64,000 nt of DNA, taken from NCBI GenBank assembly GCA_016840165.1, contig JAEOSU010000072.1, positions 96,001 to 160,000 on the forward strand, given 5' to 3'. Shown here one piece after another: positions 9,170 to 19,806 of this stretch (the first letter of the stretch is position 1; every line of letters begins with the position of its first letter). Origin of the DNA: Promethearchaeota archaeon (GTDB lineage Archaea > Asgardarchaeota > Lokiarchaeia > Sigyniarchaeales > SOKP01). A model generated the notes under the pieces. The model searched no databases and was not told where the DNA came from. It saw only the letters and a program-made list of their open reading frames with translations. The translations under genes and the position numbers were made by a program.

Positions 9170-10678
9170 TTAAACTGATTTCATCATCAGTTCTTGTTGG
9201 ATAATCTTTGCTAACTCTGAAATTTTAACTCTTTTCTGTTCCATAGTATCCCTTTCTCGAAGTGTTACACTATTATCATTTAAAGAATCATAATCAATTG
9301 TAACACAATAAGGTGTCCCTAATTCGTCTTGCCGGCGATAACGCTTTCCAATTGACCCCGAGGAGTCAAAAAAGGAGATTATTCGATTGTCGATCAAGGT
9401 TTTATGGACTTCTTTTGATAATTTCAATATATCTTCTTTATTTCTTACCAATGGAAAGACAGCAACAGTATTTGGAGCAAGCTCTGGAAGAAGTTTTAAA
9501 ATAATTCTCTCATCCTCTACTTCAAAGCAAGTTTCAAGCAATGTATAAATAATTCTGTCTGGTCCAAATGCAATCTCTAGTATTTGTGGTATTTCTTTTA
9601 TTTTAGGATCTGATCCCATTGGAATTGCGAAATTTTGATTTGAAAATTCACCGTGTCTTTTTAGGTCATAATCTGTACGATCATGTATACCACAGATTTC
9701 AACCCATCCAAATTGTTGGGTTTGTACTTCAAGATCCCACGCATCGTCTGCATAATGGGCCATTTCATTAGGTGAGTGTTGTCTCAAGCGTAGAGTGCCA
9801 TCCGGATAGCCTAATTTCTGAGTTAGATAATAGCCTAAATATATACAATAGGCAAAAGCAGGTTTCTTTAAAATTTGTTTTTTGATTGCCTCTTTTAAAG
9901 ACATTAGAAGTGGTATATTTTGGTTTTTTTCTTGGGATTTCCAATCTAATAGAGGTACTTTATATCCTTGAATCTCCTTAAACTCTTCAAAATTCATCTC
10001 TTGCTCCTTTCCAATAAATAATTGAAGCTCAAATTGGTCAAAAGCTCTCATACGTAGAACTTGCTGTCTTGGAGAGATTTCATTTCTATATGCTTTTCCA
10101 TATTGAAATATCTTTATTGGGTATTGTCTGCGAGCATCTTGATCTAATCTATTAAAAAGCAGATATGTGGTGGTGGCAGTTTCAGGTCTTAAATAAACAG
10201 TAACATCGCTCCCAACCTCTGTTTTTAGCATTAGATTATAGGTCTCTATTTTTCCAAGTAGAACATCGCATTTTGGACATTTAAGATTGTTTTTTTGGAT
10301 TAATTCCTCCATTTCTCCAAATGATAATCCCTCAATCATTTCATCAGGAAGTGCTTCTTGTAAAAAATTATCTGCTCTATAAAGAGTATTACAATTTTTA
10401 CATTTTAATACAGGATCTATGAAACGTTCCAGATGTCCCGAAGCGTCCCAGACAATTTCTGGCATAATAGTCGGACATTCAACTTCTCCAAAGCCATAAG
10501 CGCGTAATTCTTTTCTGAAAAGACTGAGAATATTATTTTTAAGTGCCATACCTGCCGGTCCATACGAATAGAATCCCGCTAATCCACCATATATTTCTGG
10601 AGAGGGGCCCCAAATAAACCCTCTTCTTTTAACTAAGGAATTAAAAGTGTCTATACTATCTTCAATTTTCATATCCAA
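9170..10678 (-). CDS. glyS: Glycine--tRNA ligase (archaeal/eukaryotic alpha2 type)
   Basis: EIYGG, YLRPETA, GKAYRNEISPRQ, EMAHYA, GWVEICG, SIGKRYRRQDELGTPYCVTID. Confidence 0.96.
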   Translation of the reverse strand: MDMKIEDSIDTFNSLVKRRGFIWGPSPEIYGGLAGFYSYGPAGMALKNNILSLFRKELRAYGFGEVECPTIMPEIVWDASGHLERFIDPVLKCKNCNTLYRADNFLQEALPDEMIEGLSFGEMEELIQKNNLKCPKCDVLLGKIETYNLMLKTEVGSDVTVYLRPETATTTYLLFNRLDQDARRQYPIKIFQYGKAYRNEISPRQQVLRMRAFDQFELQLFIGKEQEMNFEEFKEIQGYKVPLLDWKSQEKNQNIPLLMSLKEAIKKQILKKPAFAYCIYLGYYLTQKLGYPDGTLRLRQHSPNEMAHYADDAWDLEVQTQQFGWVEICGIHDRTDYDLKRHGEFSNQNFAIPMGSDPKIKEIPQILEIAFGPDRIIYTLLETCFEVEDERIILKLLPELAPNTVAVFPLVRNKEDILKLSKEVHKTLIDNRIISFFDSSGSIGKRYRRQDELGTPYCVTIDYDSLNDNSVTLRERDTMEQKRVKISELAKIIQQELMMKSV

Positions 10679-10849
10679 TCACAGTATTCGCTATTAGATT
10701 TAGAAAATATTCGGTGATATTAGTAATTTTTTACGCATTTTAAATTCGAATTTAATAATATAAATTTTTATATAAGAAAAAGATAGTATTATTATAATTT
10801 TAAGATAAAATAACACATAATAAAGTTTTATTCGTCAAAGGTTGATTAT

Positions 10850-11701
10850 ATGCTATTTCAAGATTATTTTCAATTTTTCACTTTTTGGGATGCCGTTGAA
10901 TCGGGATTATATTTTATAATTGTAGGATATTATTTTCTGATCTTTGCCTATTTCCTACTTATGAGGTTTAGGACTTCTAAGAAATACTATTGGTTATTTT
11001 TCTCTCTATTATTTCTGTTTCTTGCCGCTGGGAGGGTGTTTTTTATTATTTATTATTTTTTTGCTCCAGAATTGGAAGGAACGATTAGCAACGTCGCTTT
11101 AGTAGAATTGTTGATGATCCAATATAGATTTGCTACATTCTGCACCTGGATGGGTATTGCCTCTTTAATGGGCGTTTTTGGAATATTAATATTCCCCCCT
11201 CTTACTGAAAATACTTTTGATGACTCTACTGCTGACTTCAAAATGAAGGTAAAAAAAATTTTAAAAAATCAGAAAGTGCGAATTATGTTGAGAATAACAC
11301 TTATTGCAATCCCGATTATCGTAGCAGTTCTTGCTTTGAGTCTACCCGATAGTTTACTCATGGATCCCGATTTTATTGGTAAATATGGAGTAGATCCTGG
11401 CTTAGTTTTAATATTTGAATATCCGGTGGGAAGAGCTGTTTTTAATTTTATATTATTACCATTATTTGTAGCTATTATTCCATTTCTATTTATCTATTTA
11501 GCCGTGAAAACTTTTGGAGTGTTAAGAAGATCCTATGCATTAAACGCAATCGGATTTTTTATATACTTTTTAGGTAGAATTCTTCAAGGTCTTTTTGATA
11601 GTATGAATTTACCCCATATAGAGGCAATTATGCCTCCACTTCTTATTTTATTATCTCTCCTCATCATAGTAATCGCAAACAATTATGAACAGTTGAGATA
11701 A
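10850..11701 (+). CDS. Uncharacterised polytopic membrane protein (~7 TM)
   Basis: Seven hydrophobic segments by eye with a basic loop between TM3 and TM4. Confidence 0.7.
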   Translation: MLFQDYFQFFTFWDAVESGLYFIIVGYYFLIFAYFLLMRFRTSKKYYWLFFSLLFLFLAAGRVFFIIYYFFAPELEGTISNVALVELLMIQYRFATFCTWMGIASLMGVFGILIFPPLTENTFDDSTADFKMKVKKILKNQKVRIMLRITLIAIPIIVAVLALSLPDSLLMDPDFIGKYGVDPGLVLIFEYPVGRAVFNFILLPLFVAIIPFLFIYLAVKTFGVLRRSYALNAIGFFIYFLGRILQGLFDSMNLPHIEAIMPPLLILLSLLIIVIANNYEQLR

Positions 11702-11843
11702 TTTATTTTATTCATTTTTCTTATTCAAACTTTAAATTAGCTATTCAAAATGGGAATGTACTCAAAAAACAAAAATTTATAGTAATGAAATATTTTTAAT
11801 TTTACGTCGATAGAAAGTAATTATTATTAAAGAGTTATCTTGT

Positions 11844-13469
11844 ATGTCAATTCATGGAAACCAATACGTCTTGCCTTTTTTTATCACTGAAAAAATATCG
11901 CCTATTGAAGAGAATGATGAGTTAGCATTAGCCTTCTATCTTTTAACAAAGGATGCAAATCAGTCTGATAAGATTGTTTCTTTTTCAAGATTATTATGGC
12001 CTTTTTTATGTGTTCAAGGAGTTATTAGTACACATATTATATTAGATGGACTTTTTGTCTTTTCCAAGAAGGGAAAGCTCTCCAATCCCCCCCGACAACC
12101 ATTAATCGGTCACTTACTAAGAAATATTGAGAATCGAGGTAAAATTGAGGAATTGGAGAAAATTATTGAAGTATTGACCTATGAGGATTTTGGAGCAGAA
12201 GAAATTGGAGAGGGAGAGGAATCTGAATTTCAAAATGTTTACATCGAATCCTTAGTTCCTCCTAATTACCTCCAAGCGCTAGTAAAACTAATCAGGTTAG
12301 TAGAATTCAAATCAATTTCAAATTCAATGCCTTTAGATTCAGGACTTACAACTGAAAAAGCATTAAATATTGCTGATCAATATAGAAATACTATTTCTTA
12401 TATGAAGGGAAATGCTTTACGTTGGAAATCCCAGATTGAACTTATCGAAAAAGAAACTGACAAATGGTTGATTGACTTAAATGTACAATTGAAAGATATT
12501 GAAACGCGGTATAGCTCTCAAATTAATAAAACTTCTCAGAGTATTGATGCTGCGCAAATTGAAGAACAAAAAGCTCTTGAAGGCGATAAAATTGATCAAT
12601 GGAAAGTGAATGAGAAAAAGAACCTAATTGAAAATATATCAGTTTTATTCAAAACAGCTGAAAGACACTTAGAAGAGATAATAAAAAAGAATAAGATGTT
12701 TACTCAGACAGAAATTTTAAAAAGTAAGGTCTTAGAGGATCTTTTTGAACCATTTGAGAATAATTTTAAATATTTGATTGAACAGGGCCAAAATTTTGTC
12801 CAGTCGGTAGAAAACCTTACGAAGAACTATATGGAGTTCAAAGTAAGAGTAAATCAAATAGATGCTGAAGCTAAAAAAAAATTAGATGACCTGATGAGTG
12901 ATTTAAAGACTAAATTAAAAGATCGAGACATACATCTTTCTGCTTTTATACAAGAAAAGGAAGAGAATATAAATGAAGTTGAAAAAATCAAGGCTCAAAT
13001 AGAAAAATTATCCTTTCAAATTAACAGCATCATTGAAATTAAGCAAGGAAATTGTCTTCAAGAAGCTAAAGAATTAATTTCTTGGTCTTTGGAAGATAAT
13101 CAAGCAGAATTGTTTTCACGTCCTATTCAGTGGATTTATATGCCTTTATATGTTATATTTCTTGAAGATACAAACACAAAACAAGAAAAATTCAAAGTTC
13201 TTCTTCCAGGATTTATTAAAAAGGATTTTCCACTATATTCTCATTTATCTGATGAAATGAAACAAATTCAGAATTTACTGAAGAACAAAATTGAAGACGA
13301 TATCGCATTACGGTCAAATTTCGAGTTTTCTTGTGAGAATAAAAACATAATTCATGAGAAAAATTTCCAGAAAATGATTCAAACTGGTATTTCATTGCTA
13401 CGAAGTAAAGGTGTGATTAATACCGATGTTGAAAGTATTATTAGAAAAAATATAAGTATGACACCATAA
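11844..13469 (+). CDS. Hypothetical protein with long central coiled coil
   Basis: E/K/Q/L-rich helical region (~aa 175-410) flanked by globular segments LLWPF... and IYMPLYV. Confidence 0.7.
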   Translation: MSIHGNQYVLPFFITEKISPIEENDELALAFYLLTKDANQSDKIVSFSRLLWPFLCVQGVISTHIILDGLFVFSKKGKLSNPPRQPLIGHLLRNIENRGKIEELEKIIEVLTYEDFGAEEIGEGEESEFQNVYIESLVPPNYLQALVKLIRLVEFKSISNSMPLDSGLTTEKALNIADQYRNTISYMKGNALRWKSQIELIEKETDKWLIDLNVQLKDIETRYSSQINKTSQSIDAAQIEEQKALEGDKIDQWKVNEKKNLIENISVLFKTAERHLEEIIKKNKMFTQTEILKSKVLEDLFEPFENNFKYLIEQGQNFVQSVENLTKNYMEFKVRVNQIDAEAKKKLDDLMSDLKTKLKDRDIHLSAFIQEKEENINEVEKIKAQIEKLSFQINSIIEIKQGNCLQEAKELISWSLEDNQAELFSRPIQWIYMPLYVIFLEDTNTKQEKFKVLLPGFIKKDFPLYSHLSDEMKQIQNLLKNKIEDDIALRSNFEFSCENKNIIHEKNFQKMIQTGISLLRSKGVINTDVESIIRKNISMTP

Positions 13470-13491
13470 AGATTAGTAATTTTATCTTAAT

Positions 13492-14166
13492 ATGTCTAAA
13501 ACAAGAAAAACTTTCAGTAAGAAAATCCAATTGAAACGGAAATTGCTTCATAATGTTTTTTTGCAGATTCAAAAAGAGAAAGAACAGGGAACCATTAGTG
13601 AAAGTGAAGAGAAGCTCCTTCAAGAGGGCATGGTATATAAACAGATGAGATTGCCAGTAGAAAAAATAACCCCCGAATTTGAATTACAGATGAAGGAAAA
13701 AATCGAGCATAATATTTACCAAGCCTCAATAAGGGAATCCACCGAAAAAGATCTACATATTGTGGTTGATATTTATAACAAATCTTGGTTAACTTCTAAT
13801 ACCCCATTCCGTCCTATGGAAAAAGAGACATTAAAAAAAATTTTTATGGATCCAGATACAGTTTTTCTTATTGCAAGGGTTTTTGGAATAGATAGTGCAT
13901 TTGTAATCCTAGATTTTGAAGGAAAAAATAATGAATATGGGATAATTGCAGGTCTGGGAGTAATTCCTAAATTTCAAAGAAAAGGATTAGGTAGTGTTCT
14001 AGGCCTTGCTACTTGGGATTATTTTAAGAAAAAAGGAGTAAAAGAATTGCGTTGTGAAGTCTACAAGAATAATGAGATCTCAACTAACTTTATTAAAGCG
14101 CTAAATTTTGAAGAATTTGGTCAAAAAATTTATCGTAAAGAAGATTTTGAGCTTGATGATAACTAA
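13492..14166 (+). CDS. GNAT family N-acetyltransferase (paralog 1)
   Basis: LGVIPKFQRKGLG acetyl-CoA motif A; ELRCEVYKNN. Confidence 0.88.
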   Translation: MSKTRKTFSKKIQLKRKLLHNVFLQIQKEKEQGTISESEEKLLQEGMVYKQMRLPVEKITPEFELQMKEKIEHNIYQASIRESTEKDLHIVVDIYNKSWLTSNTPFRPMEKETLKKIFMDPDTVFLIARVFGIDSAFVILDFEGKNNEYGIIAGLGVIPKFQRKGLGSVLGLATWDYFKKKGVKELRCEVYKNNEISTNFIKALNFEEFGQKIYRKEDFELDDN

Positions 14167-14231
14167 AGTATAATCCTTTTTATGTTTGAATCCTTTATTT
14201 ATTCAAAGTATTAACACCTATATGGAATTTA

Positions 14232-14885
14232 TTGATGTCAGATTCACGATTACAGCTTAAAAAGAGACGTTTAAGAAACTATTTTGTAAGTATTGAAACG
14301 GGCAATAAATCGAAAGAGGAAATTGAAGAAAAGATCGCTTCTGAGGGTTTAGAGTATATTCAAATGCGATTACCCGTAGAAAAAATTACGCCTGAATTTG
14401 AAGCAGAGATCAAAGAAAAGGTGGATCGGAATATTTTACATGCAAAAATACGAGAAGCTACTGAAGAGGATTTAGAAAGTGTTGCATATTTGCATAATCG
14501 AAGCTGGATGACTTCTTCAACACCCTTCCATCCTATTACAGTCGATACAATCCGAAAAATATTTGAATATCCTGAAACCACTATCCTTATCGCTAGGGTC
14601 TATGGGAGCGATTCTGGTTTTGCGATTTTAGATCTTGAAGGAGATAATCGAGAATTTGGAGTTATTGCTGGTCTTGGTGTGTTACCACGGTTTCAGCGTA
14701 AAGGATTAGGGACTGTGATTGGAATGGCAACGTGGAATCATTTCAAAGAAGTTGGTGTCAAAGAACTTAGATGTGAGGTATACAAGTCGAATTTAGTTTC
14801 CTATAATTTCATAAAATCATTAGGTTTTGAAGAATTTGGCGTTAAAACCTATAGGCCTGAGGATTTTATAATTGATGACACTTAA
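14232..14885 (+). CDS. GNAT family N-acetyltransferase (paralog 2)
   Basis: LGVLPRFQRKGLG; shares QMRLPVEKITPEFE and ELRCEVYK with the upstream paralog. Confidence 0.88.
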   Translation: MMSDSRLQLKKRRLRNYFVSIETGNKSKEEIEEKIASEGLEYIQMRLPVEKITPEFEAEIKEKVDRNILHAKIREATEEDLESVAYLHNRSWMTSSTPFHPITVDTIRKIFEYPETTILIARVYGSDSGFAILDLEGDNREFGVIAGLGVLPRFQRKGLGTVIGMATWNHFKEVGVKELRCEVYKSNLVSYNFIKSLGFEEFGVKTYRPEDFIIDDT

Positions 14886-14907
14886 TTTTTATTGAGTATT
14901 CAAAATC

Positions 14908-16059
14908 ATGAATAAAATAAAGAGTATTGATATTACTAAAGGTATTTCCGTATTATTCATTATTTTCTTAAATTCAGTTAATTATTGGCTAATTCTAAAT
15001 GAAGAGTTAAAATATATTATTGCATATATCGCGATTTTAAGCGAAATTTTTGGCTCTATGCTTTTCATTTTCACTTACTCATTTGAAACCATTTTCATTC
15101 TTCAAAAAATGATTGGTAGCCCCCCAGAGAGAACATATCGAAATCAAATATTTAAAAGAGGTTTTCTTTTTATATTACTCGGTCTATTATATAATTTAAT
15201 CGTAAGTTTATTCAATGAATTCACTCTTCGAATATGGGGTTGGAATATAATCCTTTTTATAGGATTTGCTCAAATTATAGTATATTTTTCATTTAAGTTA
15301 ATTAGGTGGGCTCGATTAGTAATTGGTTTATCCATTTTAATTTTTACTCCTATATTGAGGGAATTTCTTTATTTTAACAAAAGTAATAATATTCTTTTTG
15401 AAGCATTATATTTAGTCATTATATCCCCAGATCCAAGTTTCTGCTTATTGCCGTATGCTTCGTTTTGTTTTATTGCATCCATTTTTAGTGAGTTGATTTA
15501 CCAAGCACATGCATTAGAAAACAAAAGAGCTCTCAATCTTAGTTTTATATCTACTATACGCTATGGAATTACGTTTCTAATAGCAGGTTTCGCTTTAAGT
15601 TTAACTGATTTTAATCCCCTCATCACTCCTACATTCTATGATGCCCTTAAATATCCTTTCATTGATGGTAACCCTATATTGCGTTATTATAATTTTCAAT
15701 ATATCCCCTACATGCCTGAATTCCTTTTAGAGGGGACTTCTGCATATATTTTGTTCATTATCGGAATTTTTATAATTACATTAGGGGTTGCGTTTTATTT
15801 CTCCGAGATTTCGAAAAAAAATTCTAGAGTATGTTATGGAATTAAATTTTATGGAGAAAATTCGTTAACACTAATCTTTATGCAATATATTTTCTTGCCT
15901 CTTTTTATAATTAGGATCCATATCTTCGTATTTTTTCCTCTATATTTATTATTTATCACCTTACTAAGTTATCTAATATATATTTGGAAAAAATATATCA
16001 ATAGTAAATATACCATTGAATGGATTATTGAAAAAGCTACAGTAAAAAAAAGAAGTTAG
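14908..16059 (+). CDS. DUF1624/heparan-alpha-glucosaminide N-acetyltransferase-like membrane protein
   Basis: IKSIDITKGISV N-terminus, WNIILFIG, YGENSLTLI, TIEW C-terminus; multi-TM. Confidence 0.65.
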   Translation: MNKIKSIDITKGISVLFIIFLNSVNYWLILNEELKYIIAYIAILSEIFGSMLFIFTYSFETIFILQKMIGSPPERTYRNQIFKRGFLFILLGLLYNLIVSLFNEFTLRIWGWNIILFIGFAQIIVYFSFKLIRWARLVIGLSILIFTPILREFLYFNKSNNILFEALYLVIISPDPSFCLLPYASFCFIASIFSELIYQAHALENKRALNLSFISTIRYGITFLIAGFALSLTDFNPLITPTFYDALKYPFIDGNPILRYYNFQYIPYMPEFLLEGTSAYILFIIGIFIITLGVAFYFSEISKKNSRVCYGIKFYGENSLTLIFMQYIFLPLFIIRIHIFVFFPLYLLFITLLSYLIYIWKKYINSKYTIEWIIEKATVKKRS

Positions 16060-16070
16060 ATATCGATCAA

Positions 16071-17507
16071 TTAAATGGAATTATCATTCTGAGCAAGTTT
16101 CTCTAATTTCTTTTCGAGATCCGAAGCATTATCTTCATCTTGTAGTTCATTATAATAATTCTTAGCCCTCGTATAGAAAGAAGCAGCAAGCTCAAATTTT
16201 TCATTTTTATGATAAATATCTCCTAGAAGGCTGGTTATTTCTGCTGATTGTTTCGTAAAATTCAAATCTTCATATATTTCTAACGCTTCTTCTAAATATT
16301 GAATAGAACTACTTCGATCTTGGAGAAAGTCATAATAAATCTTTCCAATATTAAACTTTATCTTAGCGATTTTAGATTTATCTCCAAATTTTTCATAAAT
16401 CTCTAAACTGATATTAAAATACTCAATTGCTTTTTGATCTTCCCCTTTAATGGTATACAACTTCGCAAGATTTTCTAATACTAATCCTTCCTTGATGTTT
16501 TCGTGGATTTCAAAAGTTCTTACAGCTTCCAAACTTTTTAAAAGCAAACTTTCTGCTTCGATATCATTGTCCCATGTTATTGCGAGTAACCCTAAGTATA
16601 AATAGCATTCCCATTCTAAATGTGATCTAATATATAAGGAAGCGCTTTCCTTAATTTTATCTAATAACGTTAATACTTCTTGGAATTTTTGATATGAGGC
16701 TTCATAATTATCCTCACCTAATAAATAATAAAATTTTCCATATTTAATTAAGGTCTGAATCATTCCATAAATATCATTTTTTTGTTCGAAATACTTGGTA
16801 TTATTGAGTAAAATCTTTTTAATGCGATCATAATCTCGCAAAACAAATAAAGTTTCGACTAAATTACTTGCAGATTTCACAGCTTCAAATTCCAAGTCTT
16901 CCCGTTCTGCAATATTTAATGCATCCTGGTAGGATTCATAGGAATGCTCTATATCGTTAATTTGAAGATAAACATTCCCGATATTATTCAATACTTGAAC
17001 TACTTTATGATAGTCCTTGAGGTTGTTCAATTTATCAAGAGCTCTTTCAAAGTGATATATTGCTTGCTCAAAAAAACCAGTTTCTTCTTCAATTAGCCCT
17101 ATTTCATTATGGCATATTGCAATTTTAAGATCATCTCCCTCTGACTCAAAATTACTTAAAGCCATTTCTAAATTCTTTAAACTTTTCTCTAAATCTCTCT
17201 GTTTATAATATGCACTTGCTTTATTAAGTAATAAATCTCCTACTGGTTCACCTAATAATTCTTTTTCTTTTAATCGATCTTCAATTTCAATTAATTGCTC
17301 TTTTAGTCCTTCATCATCATTCAAATTTAAATCAAAATCTTTTTCATCATCATCATAATTAAAATATTCTATTGAGTGATCATCTGCTTTTTGTTGAATA
17401 CTTCTGCTTAATCCAATATCTACTGTCGATATTAATGGCTTATTACAATATCGACAATATAACCAATCATCCTTAATTTCCCGTTCACAATAGGGGCAAA
17501 GCCTCAT
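16071..17507 (-). CDS. TPR-repeat protein with N-terminal zinc ribbon
   Basis: CPYC...CRYC followed by multiple TPRs (AICHNEIG, VLNNIGNVY, AIEYFNISLEI). Confidence 0.85.
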   Translation of the reverse strand: MRLCPYCEREIKDDWLYCRYCNKPLISTVDIGLSRSIQQKADDHSIEYFNYDDDEKDFDLNLNDDEGLKEQLIEIEDRLKEKELLGEPVGDLLLNKASAYYKQRDLEKSLKNLEMALSNFESEGDDLKIAICHNEIGLIEEETGFFEQAIYHFERALDKLNNLKDYHKVVQVLNNIGNVYLQINDIEHSYESYQDALNIAEREDLEFEAVKSASNLVETLFVLRDYDRIKKILLNNTKYFEQKNDIYGMIQTLIKYGKFYYLLGEDNYEASYQKFQEVLTLLDKIKESASLYIRSHLEWECYLYLGLLAITWDNDIEAESLLLKSLEAVRTFEIHENIKEGLVLENLAKLYTIKGEDQKAIEYFNISLEIYEKFGDKSKIAKIKFNIGKIYYDFLQDRSSSIQYLEEALEIYEDLNFTKQSAEITSLLGDIYHKNEKFELAASFYTRAKNYYNELQDEDNASDLEKKLEKLAQNDNSI

Positions 17508-17612
17508 AAATAACAGAATTTAATATTTTTAATTAAAATATATCTTAAATATTATGAAAATTAATTCATAAATAGTTTTCTGATCTAAACACAAGGTTGT
17601 TCTCTTAAAACA

Positions 17613-18539
17613 TTAGGGGGAATCTCTACTACTTTCGAGTTCTTTGAGTTCATTATCTATTTGGTGCTCATTTAATCCGAAAGAATTTAAAATAACCTTA
17701 ATTTGAATAATAGCATTCTTAGCGTTAACTTTTTTAGCAATATACAGGGCTTCAAGGTAATTCTGTTTAGCAGATTTAATATTTCCAAGATAAAATAAGG
17801 CTTCTCCGATATAGCTAAATCCTTTGATTATTAATTCGCTATAATTTGATTCTTTTGCTCGTTGAGTTCCCTTTTCAAAATAAGTAAATGCTTTCTGGTA
17901 ATTATTCTCTTTTTTCTCTAATATCCCTAAATTAAAATTTGAAATGATAATTCCTTTGAAATCTTTCATTTTCTCAAACGCTTCAAGAGTTTTTTTATAC
18001 AACTCTTTTACTACATCCCAGTTTTGCTGAGTTTCATGAATATGTATTAAATTTCCAAGACAATCTAAAAGATGATATATATCATTTTCATCAGAACATT
18101 TTGCACTACATTCAAGGAAAATATCACATGCCTCATCCAATTTTTCCAATTTTATTAATGCATTACCCATCCCTATTAGACAAATAATTTCTTCGTTATA
18201 TTGATTGAGATCTTTATATATCTCATATGCCTTGCTGTAGTGCTCATATGATGCATGATAATCCCCAGATTTGAATTTGAGCACCCCAAGAATACCATAT
18301 GTTGCTGCCTTTCCTAAATTGTCCTTTTGTAGTTCAAAATGCTTCAAACATAGCTGTAAATTTTTTTCCGCGTTTATGAATTCATTTATTTCAATCTGTA
18401 GGAGTGCTAAAGTGCTTAGTTCCTGAAAATAATTAGAATCTTTACCTAGTTCTTCTAAGATTTTAATATTTTTTTTAGTTTCATCAATTTTATTCTTTAT
18501 TTGTTCCTCGGTTAATTCAACATCATCTTGTATATGTAT
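17613..18539 (-). CDS. TPR-repeat protein (probable ATA start at 18539; ORF track starts at TTG 18347)
   Basis: TPR motifs throughout; frame open to 18548 with helical sequence; GTGGTGA SD 9 nt before ATA 18539. Confidence 0.75.
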   Translation of the reverse strand: MHIQDDVELTEEQIKNKIDETKKNIKILEELGKDSNYFQELSTLALLQIEINEFINAEKNLQLCLKHFELQKDNLGKAATYGILGVLKFKSGDYHASYEHYSKAYEIYKDLNQYNEEIICLIGMGNALIKLEKLDEACDIFLECSAKCSDENDIYHLLDCLGNLIHIHETQQNWDVVKELYKKTLEAFEKMKDFKGIIISNFNLGILEKKENNYQKAFTYFEKGTQRAKESNYSELIIKGFSYIGEALFYLGNIKSAKQNYLEALYIAKKVNAKNAIIQIKVILNSFGLNEHQIDNELKELESSRDSP

Positions 18540-18652
18540 AAGTAAAGTTCACCACAAGATACCTTTTAAAAAATATATGTAAACATTATAACAATGCTTA
18601 CTTATTATTTATTTGTGATTAATGAAATAAGTAATTGAGGGTGATAATAGAA

Positions 18653-19768
18653 ATGAAAAAAGAGGCGCGATTATGGGAAAGACTCGAAGATAATAAAATA
18701 AAATGTTCTGTATGTGCAAATGAATGTATCGTTACCCCAGGAAATCTTGGTATATGCAGAACCCGAAAAAATTTTGAAGGGACATTCTACACTCTGATTT
18801 ATGGATCTTTAATCTCTAACGGAAGTTTAGATCCTATTGAAAAAAAACCGCTTTATAATTTCTGGCCAGGAGCTGTTGCCTATTCAATTGCGTCAATTGG
18901 GTGTTCTTTTCGATGTCAAAATTGTCAAAATTGGTCTATAAGTCAAGCAAGTCCATCTGATAATGGAAAGAATGGATTCTATACGCTTGAAGGTATGGAA
19001 AATCGTAGGATGTCCTTAATAGAAATGAGCCCAGAGGAGTTAGTTGAAAAAGTAATCAAGAGTGGAGCTAAAACCATAGCTTATACTTATAATGAACCAC
19101 TTATATGGCATGAATATATCTTAGATACAGTTCCCCTCCTAAAGAAGGAAGACATAAAGAGCATTTTGGTCACGAATGGGTATTCTACGGCTTCCGCGAG
19201 TAAAGAATTAATTGATGTAGGAATAGATGCAGCTAATATAGACATCAAATCTATGTCCGATGATTTTTACAAAGATATTTGTGGCGTAAAGTCAGTAAAG
19301 CCTGTATTGGATACAGCAAAACGATTTAAAGAAGGAGGAGTTCATGTGGAAATAACAAATTTAATTATTCCTGATTTAAATGATAGTTCGGATGAATTAA
19401 AGCTATTGGCAACCTGGGTTTACGATAATTTAGGAAAAAACACCCCTCTTCATTTCTCTGCCTACCATCCCGACTTTCAAATGCCCTCAGACAAGAGGAC
19501 TCCATATGAAACTTTAGATAAAGCATATAACCTCGCGAAAGAAGTGGGATTAAATTATGTATATGTTGGAAACTTACAGCATCAGAAAGGAAGTAATACT
19601 TATTGTCCAGCCTGTGGTAAAGTAGTTATAGGGAGAAGTGGATATAGATTTTCTGAGATTAATATTACTGAGGATAATCATTGTAAAAAATGTGGGTATG
19701 ATCTAAAAAACGATATCATTGGGAAGATCTCAAAAAATGCTAACCATCGATTTGCCTATTTTTCTTAG
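18653..19768 (+). CDS. amrS: AmmeMemoRadiSam system radical SAM enzyme (PFL-activase-like)
   Basis: DPIEKKPLYNF, CSFRCQNC (CxxxCxxC), YTYNEP, NIDIKS, TPLHFSAYHP, C-terminal CPAC/CKKC; GGTGAT SD before ATG 18653. Confidence 0.88.
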   Translation: MKKEARLWERLEDNKIKCSVCANECIVTPGNLGICRTRKNFEGTFYTLIYGSLISNGSLDPIEKKPLYNFWPGAVAYSIASIGCSFRCQNCQNWSISQASPSDNGKNGFYTLEGMENRRMSLIEMSPEELVEKVIKSGAKTIAYTYNEPLIWHEYILDTVPLLKKEDIKSILVTNGYSTASASKELIDVGIDAANIDIKSMSDDFYKDICGVKSVKPVLDTAKRFKEGGVHVEITNLIIPDLNDSSDELKLLATWVYDNLGKNTPLHFSAYHPDFQMPSDKRTPYETLDKAYNLAKEVGLNYVYVGNLQHQKGSNTYCPACGKVVIGRSGYRFSEINITEDNHCKKCGYDLKNDIIGKISKNANHRFAYFS

Positions 19769-19806
19769 GATCATTGAAAAAATAGAATAAAAATAAGAAA
19801 TATTAA

